Shown: positions 63,156 to 64,000 of the stretch, one piece after another
Position numbering within the stretch: position 1 is the stretch's first letter
Layout: every line of letters begins with the position of its first letter
Origin: Zancudomyces culisetae HAW-14-8
Lineage: Eukaryota > Fungi > Kickxellomycota
NCBI GenBank assembly: GCA_052426225.1
Contig: JBNJNM010000011.1
Coordinates: 3,720,001-3,784,000, forward strand
DNA length: 64,000 nucleotides
Reading direction: 5' to 3'
The notes under the pieces: model-generated
Told to the model about the DNA's origin: nothing
Seen by the model: only the letters and a program-made list of their open reading frames with translations
The model's database searches: none
Translations under genes and position numbers: made by a program

Positions 63156-63998
63156 CTATCTGGGGTGCATATGATCATTAAAATACATCTCATGCATGTC
63201 GACGGTGTTGTTTATGGGTGTACACTGGACTTGCTGTTTTACTTGTTGTTGTATTGGCGAGGTTAGAACAGAAAAGTCATTATGAGCATTTGTACCAGCA
63301 ACAAACGAGGAGGTGCGTGTTTTATGAGTGTTATCAATAGTTGTGGCTTCGAGTGAGCTGCCACGCCCATCTCGGTTACTACCACCACCAGCATTTGGTG
63401 TTACAAAAGGCATAGATGGTCGGCTATTTTGCGAACTATTGGCAAGTCGTTGCAACCTTGTAATAAAAGGTGTATTTGAATAACCAATATTAGTAGATGG
63501 TGATACACCAGCACCTGGCGTGTCATTTGAGAAAACACCATTTGTATTGATTAGTTGGCGAAGCTGCAGAGCGGAGGTGACATTAAAAAAATCCTGTGTG
63601 CCACTTCCTCTAGAGGAAGGCGGATTCGAACTATATCTACGAGAATTAGTTTTATTTCTTGTGCGCATTCTGTCAGTGCTTCTTCCAGCACTCCTAGAAT
63701 AGTGTGCCATTTTCGATACAGTGTTTGCCTCAGAGTTTCTAGAGGCATCCCGTCGAACCGAACTCATGGCCGAGTTGTAGTTTTTAGTAACAGGCGTTTT
63801 GGAGTGTGACTTCATCAGCTCATCATCAGGCTCTTCAGCTCGCTGGCTGACATGATGTGGTGTTTCCATATGAACCATCTGATCATCTGACGTTTGCACA
63901 CCATCCAGTGCGACAGTAGCATTAAGTGAGCTGGTATTTTGGGACAGTACAGTACTTGTATCTTCTGAGAATTTTTTTATTCTTTCTAGTCCATCCTG
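63156..63998 (-). CDS. 3' part of a Ser/Thr/Asn-rich hypothetical protein (truncated by window edge)
   Basis: Frame is open from 63998 to the stop at 63156; low-complexity sequence. Confidence 0.7.
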   Translation of the reverse strand, partial: QDGLERIKKFSEDTSTVLSQNTSSLNATVALDGVQTSDDQMVHMETPHHVSQRAEEPDDELMKSHSKTPVTKNYNSAMSSVRRDASRNSEANTVSKMAHYSRSAGRSTDRMRTRNKTNSRRYSSNPPSSRGSGTQDFFNVTSALQLRQLINTNGVFSNDTPGAGVSPSTNIGYSNTPFITRLQRLANSSQNSRPSMPFVTPNAGGGSNRDGRGSSLEATTIDNTHKTRTSSFVAGTNAHNDFSVLTSPIQQQVKQQVQCTPINNTVDMHEMYFNDHMHPR

Positions 63999-64000
63999 AG

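Overview
AT-rich, gene-dense eukaryotic DNA with short spliceosomal introns (mostly GT-AG). Gene content (DASH subunit Dad2, Hos2, Sec4, Leu5, ALR-type CorA, alongside animal-like PRPF38B, UBE2J1 and an AZUL-HECT ligase) indicates an early-diverging fungus; Zoopagomycota/Harpellales-like is an inference. About 26 protein genes can be reconstructed, several only by manual splicing (Dad2, NEDP1/SENP8, Dsk2, NDUFA12, Leu5, Yth1, Sec4, Mdh1, Prp38B, Skp1, HECT). No tRNA, rRNA, CRISPR or intact transposon was recognised. Most notable: a run of four consecutive ubiquitin/SUMO-system genes (SKP1-UBC9-HECT-CDC27), with UBC9 and the UBE3A-like ligase sharing overlapping stop codons; a synonymous-codon/skew switch inside that ligase; a 12-nt micro-exon in PRP38B; a stop-free 75-nt intron in SENP8 whose retention would add a hydrophobic segment; two homopolymer frameshifts; a head-to-head CorA pair; a 68-aa double-C2H2 microprotein; and a ~155-nt foldback between SKP1 and UBC9. 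I cannot demonstrate a new biological system from sequence alone; these are leads.
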